Below, one piece after another: positions 50,684-64,000 of a DNA stretch of 64,000 bases; the first letter of the stretch is position 1, and each line of letters opens with the position of its first letter. The DNA comes from Phoronis australis (taxonomy: Eukaryota > Animalia > Phoronida), in NCBI GenBank assembly GCA_002633005.1, contig NMRA01000003.1, forward strand, positions 1,029,452 through 1,093,451, given 5' to 3'. The position numbers and the translations under genes are program-made. The notes under the pieces are model-generated. The model was not told the DNA's origin and did not search any database. It worked only from the letters and a program-made list of their open reading frames with translations.

Positions 50684-52436
50684 GAAAGTAGTTGCAGTGA
50701 ACGTCTGAAGAGAACACCATATAAGGATTCTTGCAATGAATGATGTAGATGGATGTAAACCAGTAACCATAACCATTCATTACTTTTCACAGTTCACAAC
50801 TTCAATGTGGTCTGTGTGATGCACAAAACCTTGTAACAGCCAAATTCACATGACAATCACAGTTACCATTCAAGGAAGGCTGTGTAGTCACATCATCTCA
50901 CTGTTTAAAAAGTGCTTACAATCCAATGCTGAAGGCACGTCTGTTGATTGTGAAGACTCAATTTCAAATAAGTGTCATGTTGGCAATTTTGTTGGTCTTG
51001 GGCACACAGATAAAAATGGTGTTCTATGAAAACACTTACAGGCACATCGCATGTTCCATAATTCTAATTAGAAGCCAAGATTAAGTGTTAATCTTGAGAA
51101 ATGTGGACATTAAGGACAAACTGTGCTCAAGTTGACACATTGTATGCTACTAAATCAGCAGGCAGTAGATATTTGAAAACCAGTATTAATTACAGTTTTA
51201 AAAGTTTATTGTTTCATTTACATAATTACAAATCACGTGGTACATTACACGTTTCAAATGTCTGTATATATAGTCTTTACAACAGCATCTTTACTGCTTA
51301 CATGTCTCAGTATGTCAACAAACTAACACAACACCCAGTGATCAAGTTACATCACATTGACATCACTAGTTGTAGAACCAGATAATACTAAGTACATCAC
51401 CCAGCCACCATTGCACAAATTAAAAATGAAGTATTTTCTGGGACCATCTACTAACTGCATTTTATGCATACCATAAAAGCCGCCATGAACCCTCTTTTTG
51501 ACAGATAACTTCGATTTAGGCCACTCACTGTTAAAGTCATTTCTAGAACTGGAAAGAACTGGTTGTCTGCTATTGCTCGACTCCATGGTCAGCCACAGAA
51601 TGTCTGGATGAGTACACAAATTTCTTTAGCCTGGTCTCGAAAGCAATTATGAGCCGTAAGTACTTCCAAGCTCAAAAATCACATCTAATCTAAGTAATGA
51701 ATGACAGAAACTATGTTATGGTCAAGTAAAGATTTTTGACAAAAGGCGAGTTCATAACAATGGGTACTGATAGTCACACCTTGTATATCCAGAATTCACG
51801 TCAACCAGAGAGTTCTGACTCATTCATCAGTACAAACTATACATGGTCTGTGATTAGCTACAATTGTTTGGTAATTATTTTGGAAATTGTTCAACATGTA
51901 AATGTTGGCAACAATCTCTCAAGTGCCCGCCATTTTAACCCTAGTGAGTATAGAAAACAGTCAAACTGTTTAAAATTTAGAAGCCTACGACAAATAGTAC
52001 ATTTGCACGCACCATATACTCTATATGAATAGTTCCACATCCAAGTATTGGACTACAGACATTGTATTTATCACATATGTAACATACAACTATATGATCA
52101 CCTATAAATTAAAATGTACAACAAACAATCTTGTCATAATGATAACTGATAGTCACCAAAATCAACACTGTAACAGTTCCCAGTAGTTGTCGATGGCTCC
52201 AAATTGTGTAAAGATTCCTATGAAGGCTAAGACAAGTGGTCAGTCTTTCATCAATTAGCAATCATAAATTAGCCTCTACATGTTTCACCGAGTCACACAG
52301 ATGGTGTCCGTCACCATAACAACTGACAGGCCTTGAAGGTAGCAATCACTGTCTTGAATTATGGCCGCTTCATCACAGATATCCATGCACACAGGTCATG
52401 CTCATTATCAATAAATAATCTTAAACCCTGCAGTGA

Positions 52437-52611
52437 TCACAGTAGGGGTTGCTGCTGTTGGTACATCTGTGGCTGAGTAGGGTAGCCAGCTGTCATAGAT
52501 GGATGGAAACTGGCGGGCGGGCCAGTCTGACTCATGGCAGGGGCTGGTGGGTTGTAGGTCTGAGCTGGGACTGGGGCCGGCTGTTGGGATGTTGGCCCAG
52601 GAGCCATCATA
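52437..52611 (-). CDS. STAM: STAM last coding exon
   Basis: P/Q-rich tail ending YQQQQPLL*, like the STAM C-terminus; phase consistent. Confidence 0.85.
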
Positions 52612-52805
52612 CTGTCGAGAAACAGGGATGCAATGATTAAGAAGTACATCGAAGTAAAAACGAAGAGGACAATTTTTAACATTGCGTAGTAAGACTGAAC
52701 ACCCTCATTCATTCAAAGTGAGTTCAACAGCATAATGCTAAAATTGCTTCAGCTTATTGACAATTCAAACTGATAAAATTAGTCAAACAGCTCAAAATCA
52801 GATAC

Positions 52806-52942
52806 CTTGAATACTGTTGATTGGCAGGAGGCATTGATGAGTAGTTACTTGTCAATCCAACAGGCGGCTGTTGAGACATAGCAGGTAGTGAACCAGAAGG
52901 TGGCCCTGGCGTCATGTACTGCTGTGGCTGACCATTGTACAT
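52806..52942 (-). CDS. STAM: STAM coding exon 13
   Basis: MYNGQPQQYMTPGPPSGSLPAMSQQPPVGLTSNYSSMPPANQQYS; AG/GT bounded. Confidence 0.85.
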
Positions 52943-53113
52943 CTGAAAAAGCAGATAGTGGATAACAACTATTATTATGTTGTGTTTGATTCCATGTACG
53001 ATTAGTTTCCTAGTTTGAATACATGGAAATTGTACGTAAGTGCAAAATTATCAAACTTTGAAACATTGAACTCTCCTTAAATCAAGACTAGGACAAAGCA
53101 ACAAAGTACACAC

Positions 53114-53279
53114 CTGAGGTTGCTGCGGGGGTGGCTGCGTACCAGATGCGACCATGTAGCTGGCAGGAAGACCAGGTTTGGCATACTGACTGTATGTGGG
53201 CACTTCTTTCATTAGCGTGTGATACATCTGAAGAGCGTCTACAACCCTGGTGTTGAGTTCCATGAGACTTGCATGTGTT
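53114..53279 (-). CDS. STAM: STAM coding exon 12 (GAT/coiled coil)
   Basis: THASLMELNTRVVDALQMYHTLMKE... Confidence 0.92.
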
Positions 53280-53990
53280 CTGAAATAACATGGGTATGTG
53301 GGCAATGGTTTGAAAATATGACATAACAATGCAATTTGAATTAACTAGCCAGTCAATTAAAAGCCAACTCCACCTACCGAACTTAAGTTTCCTCTTAAAA
53401 TACAACGACCAGCATGAAAAATCTGTCTGTTTTGTAGTCCCCATAGAGTGCAATGTTAACATCATTTTGTAACTCTACCTAGTTATCTACCACACCAAGC
53501 TGTGTGTGTGCCTAACTAAAAACTGTGAACACGTGTATTAGGTGAATTCTGTTTTCAAGGAGGTCCACAACAGCTGGATAGTACATGATTGCGATAAGTG
53601 TTGAAAGCAAATGAAAAATATCATTAATTACACTAAAATGGCTCTATAACCAAGATTCCATTGATACAGGGATAAAAATGATGCCACAATGATAAATCTT
53701 AAATGATTTTAAGGAATAAAAGAGCTTGTAGCATAGATTTCACTAAAAATTAACAGGGTTTTACCATGATCAAACAAACATTGAAATTAACACCGCTCAC
53801 AAAATCTGGTAAGCAACGAATATGCGTGTAAACTAGGGTCTCCAGGACTGGCTCTGATCACTAGTTATCATGGACACTGTAGCTGAATAGTGGATACACT
53901 TAGCATGAATGAAATAATGATGATAATAATAAACTTTATTTACAATAGATTTCAAAAACATGCCAAAGGCATGGTCCTCTAACAACCAAC

Positions 53991-54045
53991 CTGTCCACTG
54001 TTTCTAATTCTTGGTCTATCAAAGGTCCCATAGCTTTACATTGTT
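53991..54045 (-). CDS. STAM: STAM coding exon 11
   Basis: QCKAMGPLIDQELETVDR. Confidence 0.92.
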
Positions 54046-54252
54046 CTGAAAAGGAAAGAATAACAACAAGAAAACTGTTAGCACCAACACTGACTAGCTC
54101 GATACACTGGAGTATACTCTGGCACATATACACACAGCAAGATTAACAATAGTATTTCACGAAATGCTATGTTTTAATTGAAAATACTGTCATGTTGGCA
54201 TTTTAGAGAAATTTTGATTTCATTACGCACTACTATGGCTAATAAAAAGTAC

Positions 54253-54343
54253 CTTCTAAATTCAGCATCTCCATAGAATCAGGTTGTATATCACCCGTGG
54301 GATCTGCATTCTGTAGAAGTTCAAAACATTCGTCTATTTTTTG
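54253..54343 (-). CDS. STAM: STAM coding exon 10
   Basis: QKIDECFELLQNADPTGDIQPDSMEMLNLE. Confidence 0.92.
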
Positions 54344-54348
54344 CTGAA

Positions 54349-54437
54349 ACAAAGCAATACCACAACACCTTAATGAATGTTACCAAAACATTACAAAGCA
54401 ATACGACAACACCTTAATGAATGTTACCAAAACATTA
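54349..54437. repeat. 44-bp direct duplication next to the STAM exon 10 acceptor
   Basis: acaaagcaatac.acaacaccttaatgaatgttaccaaaacatt twice. Confidence 0.85.
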
Positions 54438-55870
54438 TGAATGCAACAGTAGTTGTTAGTAGAAATGGCCAACTGCAATCCAAGTGTAATCAACTGAATC
54501 AATTATTTTTTAACAATAACCACGGACCTATTATAGTTAAGACAAGGCTCAGCAATTGTTCCACTTCAATGTGTTCATTGTAAAAACAGATTTTTAATAC
54601 ACAATAAACAAGAATTTAAAAAGTTAAGTACAAATCAATGTTTCGATTTTTTTCTTTAAAAGCCAGAGCACAAATGAAAATGAAGCAGATGACTAAAACC
54701 TCAAGACACAAAAGGCATTTCAATTTAACAAACTCACATGCAGACAAAATGTGAAAAAAACCTCAACAAGACATCAAACTCCAGAAGTCCTTCAAACATT
54801 TTAATCAGCCTTCCCTCCAAAACATTGCCATGCTTTACTACAACTATTCAAGTTTTATCACCATGGATACAGTAACACCTGAATATTTGCCACCAATGTG
54901 ATACTACAAGTCAAGTGTTAAAATATCACTGAGAATGTGTAAAACAATAGGAATTTGAGTTATAGCCTTGGCTTAAGCACGTTGAAAATTTTAGAATCCT
55001 CTTACCCAACACATAATTACCACCAATAAAGAGTTTCCAAACTTGCAAACTTAGCCCAAAAGACTATTTGTAGAATATTAATATTACATAACTCAAACCT
55101 TTGTGAACATCACATGTTCCAGTATCGGTAGCCAACCACGGTTCTAATAACACAGTGGCAAATCATTATAAAATATCACAACCTGTAAGCAATCCTAAGT
55201 GATATCACCCCTTGTTAAAGATTGCTGTGCAAAGATGGGTGTTACTCTGAATGAAAGACTGTTTTATGTAATACCAAGACTTCAAACTTATAATTTTAGT
55301 AGATGTTTGAGCAAGAAATGTGACAAAACTACAAAAAAATCATAAGGCCGACACGTGCCAAATCTGAGGTTGCAGATCACTCAAAGCGAAGAAAAGATCT
55401 TATTTTTGAATCTGAAGGTCTTCTTCTGAGCAGCCCGGGATGAAAATATCAGAAAACTGCCAACTTATGACCAGTAATGACTGAGGCATGAGGCAGAATA
55501 CAAGACATTGCATCAACAAACTAATGAATTTGAAAAGTACTAACTTACAATGATCACAAAAGCATGTAAATCAATCAGTCGCGTTACAGAAAGCTAAGAA
55601 CAAGAAAATTTGTAAGACAAACTTCATCTGATGAGGCAATCCCCCACCACGAGACAACCAGAACAAACAGTGGGTCTCACATAGGTGGAATACCATTTGA
55701 CAGTGAAATACGTTTTAGTCCTCTTTTTGTCATAATGAAACACGACAATGCCATAAGAATCTGACATGAATGTGAAAATGCATGATTGCAACCTAATGAT
55801 TTTCATAACGTATGTGATCAATAGTTGTCAATAAGCAATAGTAAGAAGACCTGAGAACGCCACAACTTAC

Positions 55871-55953
55871 TTCATCTATGTCTACGTCATCCGGGTCTGC
55901 AGGTTCTACAGTTCTAACCTCAACCTCGTCGTTAAACTGGACAGATTTCTTTT
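55871..55953 (-). CDS. STAM: STAM coding exon 9
   Basis: KKSVQFNDEVEVRTVEPADPDDVDIDE. Confidence 0.92.
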
Positions 55954-56353
55954 CTGAAATTGAAAATCATCAAATGAATAAAGATGCATCATTCAGAGCA
56001 ACCAAAGTAAATGGAGAGCAGAGAAGCACTTCAATGTCACTTCCAGTTACTACGGTACGTAATTTCAGCTGCTCACAACAGAGGACGTGTCATATGAAAA
56101 GATCTCAACGCATAACATATAAAACGATTATTAGCAGAACACTGTGCCAGGAATTAAAAACTTACACATAAATAAACACCAGTGTAGGCCAGCAACGAAA
56201 TGCAATTAAATTTCACATGTTAATGTATACAACAGGGGCACGATTTCATACACGACAGGCACCAAAAAAAAAAAATGCAAATATTGAAATAATGATTGTA
56301 ACTGCTCAGATTCACAAAGCAAGTCAAAATTTCATCAAATAGGACAGTCTTAC

Positions 56354-56534
56354 CAGGTTCCGGTTCGGCAGACAGGTCGGCAGTCACAAAGTTGGCCGGG
56401 AACAGACCTTCACCCCTCCACGAGCACCCCTTCCACCAGTTCTCGTCGCTGTCATCAAGTATACCAACTATTTCCCCTGCTGTAAAGGTAAGCTCATTGT
56501 CTTCTGCAGCTTCAAAGTCGTAAAGCGCCCGCAC
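56354..56534 (-). CDS. STAM: STAM coding exon 8 (SH3 domain)
   Basis: [54 protein letters not shown]. Confidence 0.97.
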
Positions 56535-56777
56535 CTGAGATATATTGGACAATAGTAATTATGATAACATTTGCTTGAGATTATGGACCACTATAAAAGA
56601 AAATAACAGCATTTACCACTGCGAAAAAGAAATCTTGATGTTTGCCAACAGTCTACAGTAATACAATGAACCAGCATAAAACAACAGCTTGAGATATTAC
56701 ACATTTGGATGTCTGCCAAACACCAAGTTTAGAGTGACAACGGGTCAATGTAGCAAACTGTCCTCTTGCACAATTAC

Positions 56778-56890
56778 CTTCCTTAATTCTCTTGACTTGG
56801 ACTGAACAGGAGACGCGGCTCTGGCTGATGGGTATAGACTGCTGGTTTTGGACTTGTGTGAGTCGGCATCCTTCAGTGAAAGGGCTATGG
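56778..56890 (-). CDS. STAM: STAM coding exon 7 (UIM second half)
   Basis: AIALSLKDADSHKSKTSSLYPS... Confidence 0.92.
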
Positions 56891-57859
56891 CTGAAACATA
56901 AAGGTATACCTCTGTCATCCAGTGAAATAGCGATACCCCAACTAGGAGGATGTCGAGCGAATTAGGCAGAGAACTTCCAACAGATGTCTGTAAATTACAC
57001 CACTGTACCAGTGATACCAAGATAGTTCACCTTTCTACTGAAGTTTTAACAAAAACCACATTCCAGGGCAAATAACCCCCTTAATGGATGTTTTCTCGAG
57101 CTCTCAATACAGAAAAGTTGCAACCTAAATACTTTCAAATTGTTTACATCCAATAAAAACAATTCAAAATTGGAAAGTGGTATCGAAATTGTAAACATCA
57201 AGGTCAAGTTAAGTCTAGTTTGCCACGGATGGTTGGGTGGCTGTCCTGGTCACCAATGACCAAATCTATCACTAATAAGAGATTACACACCATTTACTTA
57301 ACAGTTACACCAGCTAAGCTGGAATCTATATTCAATTACCAAGACCATCCTCAAAACACTTTTACCCCTCACCTAATACCCACTTCTCTGACATGGGTGG
57401 TCAGGTGGGCAAAATATTTCATTCTTTCTTATTTTCCTTTTAGGGTGTATTACGAAATATTTAATGTTAATGTACGACCTCATCAACAAGTCTGTGTATT
57501 TAGCAAAATATCCAGAAAACTTTAGAAATAACTCAGTAAAAGTAACATTTCTTGAAAGCAGTAAGATTGTAGAATTTGGTTTTACACTTTTACCAATCTG
57601 CCATTAACTGGAACACGTGACCATGTATTTTCAGTAAAACGTTTACCACTTTTTAGTAAAACAAAAAGGTATATTGATAGCGAAACAACGCTATCAATAA
57701 CGAGACCAAACTTCGCTAAACCAGTAGTAGATTAGGAGCACGCAAATACCCCTCCAGAGAAGCCATCACAGAAGAAGATTACAGACAGCAACTAAAAACT
57801 ATTACCAAGATTTTCCAGAGGACCTCTAAATAAATGACATTTGTGTAGCAGAGACTGAC

Positions 57860-57938
57860 CTTTAGCAATATCATCTTCTTCCTGTCGACTGCCTACGACA
57901 TTGGGATTTGTACTTAATGTGGATGAGGAACTCTTTGG
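57860..57938 (-). CDS. STAM: STAM coding exon 6 (UIM first half)
   Basis: PKSSSSTLSTNPNVVGSRQEEDDIAK. Confidence 0.92.
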
Positions 57939-58353
57939 CTGCAACATTGAAATTTTTTTAAAATTTACATCGTGCGCAGATTATACCCACAGTAAGCTTT
58001 CGCTGTTCTAGTCACAAACTTTTCCTTGAAGTAAGTAGACACTTAATTATTGACTAGGTAGGCAGACAAACAGTGCCCTTTCTGTCCAACATTATGGAGG
58101 ACAAGCACTATAATATTGACATGCATTACTGAAAGAACTCTTGGATATTCAAATTTATCATGCAGATGTCAACAAATGAGAGAGTACACCTTGTCAACGG
58201 TATTCTTTGCCTCTCAACTTGGGGAGAGCTTGTAATGTGCTTTAACACATATAATGTCGTTTGTATGATGGGTCCATGGTTTTAATTAGATAAATGGAAT
58301 TGAATGATTGGACATCAGTGAAGCAGATAGCACTGCGCGTACACGTCATCTAA

Positions 58354-58746
58354 AGCCGTATTTACAAGGGAGACAATTGCCACGGAGCAACTAACACGGA
58401 ACCACTGTGTGTAGGTGTAAACACGGCTGACACCGCGGTGGCCATTTTTGACACCGGTTTGAGAGTTGGTGCAAGCTGCACTTGATCAGTTCCTCTACTT
58501 TGAATTACACATCTAAATACAAAGTGGGTCAAAGTGGCAAGGATCATCTCTGTTATGCTTGCGCAACAGCGTATTTGCGGGTGATTCGCTAGCATTCCAC
58601 GTGGCTTGTTTATGCAAGCATGTGCAGACAGTCTTCATGTAAATGACTGGCGCTGCTCTACTATCATGTAAATGTAACTAAAGTGGAGCAAGTCCCGCCG
58701 TGACAGCTCGAACCATGACAACCGTTCCCTATGTAAAAACAGCTTA
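58354..58746. mobile_element. MITE, PIF/Harbinger-like family copy
   Basis: agccgtatttaca ... tgtaaaaacagct termini; similar to 44680-45075. Confidence 0.55.
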
Positions 58747-59143
58747 AAACTAAGAAAAAGCTTGTGACTGTGCACATAATCAACTTTTGGAATATTTTGA
58801 CTTTTTTATAAAATAATTGCTGTAGTTATCTGAATTCAGGCTAGAGGAAAAATAGAGCGCCTGTCCTATAATAAGAATTAATTTCACTTGGTGTATTCTA
58901 TCCAATAAAAATTTAAGACACAATCTGATATGGTCATACAAACACCAGCTGTTCTCTAGAGAAAGCATTGTGGGATAATGTAAGGAATTTGCCAGTGGTT
59001 AGTGATCAAAAAAGTTAATATTTCCCTGGGTCAGCAACTAGACATGACAGCACAGCCACAAGCTATGTGTTATCAGTATCAAACGAAACATGACATGAAA
59101 CTCATTTTAAACAGAGAATACAACAGAGAGACATTGTACTAAC

Positions 59144-59290
59144 TGCATCAGTTGAAGAGAAGTCTGCTCCATCTTTCTTTAGCTCATTATACAGTGATGG
59201 TATAAGGCTGAGTGAAGCATCTGATTTGAACTCATTTTCCGCCCACTTCTTTATCAGCGACCTCAGTTTTTCTGCAACTTTTGTATGAGC
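59144..59290 (-). CDS. STAM: STAM coding exon 5 (end of VHS domain)
   Basis: AHTKVAEKLRSLIKKWAENEFKSDASLSLIPSLYNELKKDGADF. Confidence 0.93.
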
Positions 59291-60239
59291 CTGCACAGAG
59301 ATGACAAAGTCTCATTGAAATACATGGCCATCCTTCTAGAGAAACCATTTGAGTCTACTGCCACAGCAGTCACAACAAAACTAAAAGTGCAACTGAAACA
59401 TGAAGCTGGTGTAAACTGCGTGATACATCTCCTTAGTAATTGCCCTGAAATCTGATCAACAACACCTGTAATTAATGTGTTTCTCCCAACAAGTCTCATT
59501 ATCCTGTAGACATTTCGTAATTCCTATAACAAATAGAGCTATGCCATGGTAGTATAAAATGCTGGGATTTACAAAGTAGTTGGTGCATATGAAACAAAGT
59601 GCTTGAATGTGTGCATGAACCGATATTGGTGACAGAAATATGCAAAGACAACAGATCCTACCAGGGTAAAAATTCTCCAATTTGGGACAGTTTTTAGAAT
59701 ATGGGGCAGTTCTAAATTTGGGACACACTTGGAAAAAATGGAATTTTCTCGATTCTGGAATTTGGGACAAGGGGAGCTTTTACTCACAAGGAACCTCATG
59801 CTGAGAGATTCCATTGATTCTTAATTAGGTGATTAGTGCACTGGCCAAAACCGTGTGACCTAAGCAAGCCTGGTGCACACCAGAAGGCACCAGACAATTT
59901 GCATACTTTTTAAGGTCGATTTTGGCGTTCACCATATTTCTCAAATTTCGGACAATGTGTTTATAATCTACTCAGTGGGAAATTTTGCAGCCTATCCAGT
60001 GATTCGTGAATTAAGGAAACCCAAAATTGCTTTTTTCTAAAATCTGGGACAAGCTCTGACCTTAAGCTAAATAATTATAGTTTTTCACTGTCCACAATTG
60101 GATAATCTTTACCATAAGTGCAAAAGTATGAAACACACTTAAGGTGTGATAACTACTGCACCCTCTTTGAGTAGACGGCACATATAACACCTGTCTGATT
60201 CAGTACGATCCAAATTAAAAACTAACAACAGCAACTCAC

Positions 60240-60338
60240 TTTTCCTCCAAGAAGTGATTTTGTTTGTGAAACAAAGTCCCTTGAGGCCACCTCCATTTGA
60301 AATCTCTTGCCGCAGTTATTAACACAGGCGTCAAGCAA
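60240..60338 (-). CDS. STAM: STAM coding exon 4 (VHS)
   Basis: LLDACVNNCGKRFQMEVASRDFVSQTKSLLGGK. Confidence 0.95.
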
Positions 60339-60659
60339 CTGGAAAATATTGAACATTCACCACACAGCCATCTAAAGCTTTGGAATGTTTTGAGATCTTA
60401 CAAAGTAATCAAGAGGTCAAAAGAAATTATATCTACATAAGGTTATTAAGTTTTTAAAAAGTAAAACAGTGAAAATATCCAGTGACACAGGAGCAACCAG
60501 CATCGTAAATAATTGACAAGCTCAGAAGATTGGCGGATGTACTTCTAAAACGAGCTGACAAGTGTACGAGATTAGCAGGTGTACTCACTAAAAAATTGGC
60601 GTTGTGATATTAAAAACTGCAACAGATTCCGAGTTTTTGAGTTTGCAATTTAACCACAT

Positions 60660-60799
60660 CTACATAATGATCATCATGTAAACTTACCTACATGTTGATC
60701 ATCAGCTAAACTTACCTACATGCTGATCATTGTGTAAACTTACCTACAAGCTGGTCATAATGTAAACTTACCTACATGTTGATCATAACGTAACCTTAC
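60660..60799. repeat. 28-bp tandem repeat, 5 copies, starting at the STAM exon 3 donor
   Basis: acttacctaca recurs at 60682, 60710, 60738 and 60766. Confidence 0.9.
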
Positions 60800-60875
60800 C
60801 GTTAATGACTGCATGGCAACATGAGGAACTCTGTTGTTGACCCTCTTAAGGATGGACCGTAAGCAGTCTTTAGGG
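60800..60875 (-). CDS. STAM: STAM coding exon 3 (VHS)
   Basis: PKDCLRSILKRVNNRVPHVAMQSLT. Confidence 0.95.
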
Positions 60876-60995
60876 CTGCAAGCAAGGATGAGAATAGTGA
60901 TAAGATACACATCAGACAGCAATCACCTAACTGTCGCACTTCTTTCTCAGGAATGCCTGGTGCTTATTCCTGTATACTGAACTGATGACATGACA

Positions 60996-61082
60996 ACCTT
61001 ATAATAATAAACTTATAATAATACCCTTATCATACTAACCTTATAATAATAACCTTATAAAAATAATAACCTTATAATAATA
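60996..61082. repeat. low-complexity AAT / aaccttataataat repeat
   Basis: Direct reading. Confidence 0.8.
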
Positions 61083-61763
61083 ATAATAACCTTATAATAA
61101 TTATGTCAGGGACCCAAAGCAAAAGTTGACAATGGGGGTCCCTTCAATGATGACAATTCACACAACGTGCCTACGCACAATGACTACATGCAGTTTATAC
61201 AGCATAATATGTTAATATGGCAGTTCGCATTGTGTGTCCAAAGGCTGAAAAATGCCTCCAACTGAAATAAACCAAGTTTACAATCAATCACTCAAAGTCA
61301 TTTATTGTACATCATAGGCATTGCCTACACATACAAAAATACATAAATTCAAATGTATAATCAGAGAACCAAGTTTGCATGTAGTTCATAGTACAGCAGA
61401 GTTAAGTTATGAAGGCTAAGTTGGTCTATTACAAAATTGACATTGAAATTGTTATGTTCATTTAATGATAATTTCCTTCAGCCTCATTCATCAGCATAAT
61501 TAGTCTAAAAATAGTGTTACGTATGAGTCTGTCGTATACATGGAGTGGTGAAATCAACTCTCACTGTGAACATCGTAAACTACACCAAAAAAACAGTTTA
61601 CCTGCTATTTTTGCTCTAACTTCCACCAAAACGGGGAACGTGAAATAATTCACAATTATTTGCTTCAAGTAAGAAATTCCTGACAATTTATACAGAAGAA
61701 ACGTCGTCAAATAGATGGTTTACAGTTTTTCACAGATTGAGAAGATTGGCATAGTTTGAAATG

Positions 61764-62014
61764 TTAAAGGTACATTTCATTCGCACTTCCGACATAAAAC
61801 ATGGGAATCACAAAATCACTCGGACAAAAGTCTCAACGCTTCTTTTACATTATAGCAAATGGTTTCTACCGCTAAAATGGACTTCAATATGGCCAACTAT
61901 CGACTTGAAACGGACCAAAACTGACGACTTCTTCACTGTTCTTTTTATTTGCTGAACATGATTGGGGCTGGAAAATAATTTCATCATGGTGTACAAAGGC
62001 TGAGGCACCTTTAA
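61764..62014. mobile_element. small non-autonomous DNA element with TTAAAGG termini
   Basis: ttaaaggtac ... gcacctttaa inverted ends. Confidence 0.4.
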
Positions 62015-62765
62015 TGTCTTTGAAAGACTTGTTCCATAATTTGCATTTTAGGCAAAGAGCACAAAGGAAATGTCTCTTCAGCAGGACTGTTTAAAGTGGC
62101 TACAAACTTGCATTCCAGCACAGAAATCAACTTTCGTTTTAGATTGTTTTACCATAATGAAACTGCCTATAAACTCACCTTCCATCATAAAAATCTAAAT
62201 TTTCACAGAAGCAAATTTTAATTTAGACCATTTAGTGTTACGAAATTGATCTCAAATTGTTCTCAGGTCAAACTTGAAGTGATTTCAGGGCCTCAAATGA
62301 ACTTACGTCACACATTGACCTGAAATTTGTGAGCTTTGTCGGAAGAAATCTAGAACTGTTAGTGCTTCCTGAGCCCAGCGATCACTTCTAAATTGAGAAA
62401 GGAAGAACATAAGACCACTTGTTTTCGACAGATAGCATGGGTTTAATTTTGCTTTCAGATCACAATCACTGCACGAAAAACTGATGAAGAAATTAACAAA
62501 GCATTTTGAGCATGTGTTCAATTTGTTATTTGTGACTGGTCTGTCACTTCATGCTCTTATTTTGTGTGGGCCTCTGGGTGCTGCAGGGCAGTAACTGGTC
62601 GCTTACATTGCAAAGTGGGAAGGCTGGCCCTTCCTAAGTTCCACAGTAGGCAACAGTTTACAATGTAACTATCAATACACTGCATAATCCTTTCTATTGC
62701 CAAAGCAGGCTACTTCCCTACATCAGTTGATCGCAAACACGCATAGCCATTGAGTGATTACTTAC

Positions 62766-62850
62766 CCTGTGTCACTTTGAGCCACCTTATCACAGATGTC
62801 CATAATCAAAGCCCAGTCTTCTGCTGTGTTCTTTTCACTAGTTGCCTTTT
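62766..62850 (-). CDS. STAM: STAM (signal transducing adapter molecule, ESCRT-0) coding exon 2; exon 1 lies outside the window
   Basis: [28 protein letters not shown], start of the VHS domain; downstream exons give VHS-UIM-SH3-GAT. Confidence 0.95.
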
Positions 62851-64000
62851 CTGCAAGTAGACCATGGTCTGATTATTTGCCGAGTACACAACCTTAGCAA
62901 TACTCACTAACAGGGGTCCCGGATTTTGAGAACCAGTTTGATGTCTGTTATTCAATGGAGAAAGCTGGTCTCAAAATGCGGGACCTTTTAAGTGACCATG
63001 ACCAACATTCACCATATGGGTGAAACATTCAGCCAACACCTTTAATTTCATGAAAGAGGTTACAACATTATTCGTGGAAACTTGTGATAATAAGAAGTGT
63101 AACGTTAGTAGCGAGATAGCCTCAGATAATTCCTTGATATGAATAATTTAGATACTAACCTTAATAACGTGAAATGGCATCTTATATATTTAGCACCACA
63201 GGCTCAAGTTTGGACAAGTTTGTCAAACAGGGCAGTCGATGTTTTAATACTCAATTGCCAGCTTGAATTACCTTGTCCTTTGAGTCCCCTTCAACGTTGT
63301 GTATGCCAAGATTACCAACACTCAATAAAGTTCTTGTTTTCTTGCCTTAGCAGCTAAGGTTCATTATGTTTATAACTCAGTATAGGGTATAGTGATGTTG
63401 CTTGGTATATTTGACTGTTGACCTACCAGACTTAAGGCAAGTTATTTCTGAGCTGACAATTTGAGTATTTCTTTTTTTAACGTCATCATAATTTAACTGG
63501 CTGCAGATAAACACCAGTCAGGACTGGTCAGTGAGACGAGATGTATGACAAATGCAGGGCACAAGAGTAGAAGCCATGCACATACTCGGTGGCACTAAGT
63601 AATCACAAAAAAGAATAGAGCATAAAAGTTTACAGTTTATTTCAATTGCTCATATAAAGATATTCTCTATAGTGCGACATGCGATCGTAAGACTAATAGA
63701 AAAATCGTGATTTCAGAATCCACGGTTAGTCTACGTCTATGAATATGATGAAGACAGTTCAACTGAAAACCTAAATCATAACATTGCAATATTTCATTAC
63801 ATTTACATTAAAATTGCAATATAAAAATCATAAGCGGAATTAAAATCTCTTCAAGTGACAAAACGGTGTTCCCAGTGCCTATAATTAGTATCAGCGTAAG
63901 TCCCGTACAGTTGCTGATTCATCAAAGAGCTGTAAGTAAACTGAGTAACACACACTTCAGAAAACAACAATGACTATGGTAGCAAGACGCATTAATATAC

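Noticed and set aside
50328-50708. 126-aa His/Pro-rich ORF
   Set aside because: It coincides with a foldback MITE that has internal short repeats.

Overview
This is AT-rich, intron-rich animal genomic DNA, probably from a marine invertebrate such as a lophotrochozoan (inference only). Four conserved genes can be spliced by hand with consistent exon phases: WDR48 (minus, first 7 coding exons, runs off the left edge), CMC1 (minus, 4 exons, complete), PSMD14/Rpn11 (plus, 10 coding exons, complete) and STAM (minus, coding exons 2-14, first exon beyond the right edge). A single-exon LRR-transmembrane receptor gene lies antisense inside the 11-kb last intron of PSMD14, and a small unknown gene probably lies head-to-head with WDR48. 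The introns carry a Helentron-type non-autonomous element (HINE/DINE-1-like, 6 copies) whose ~150-bp internal subunits each hold a CTCF-like motif. They also carry a Penelope-like retroelement relic with hammerhead-ribozyme motifs, a young LINE 3' fragment, several foldback MITEs, and tandem repeats that duplicate 5' splice sites. There is one 540-N gap and a probable uncollapsed haplotype duplication.
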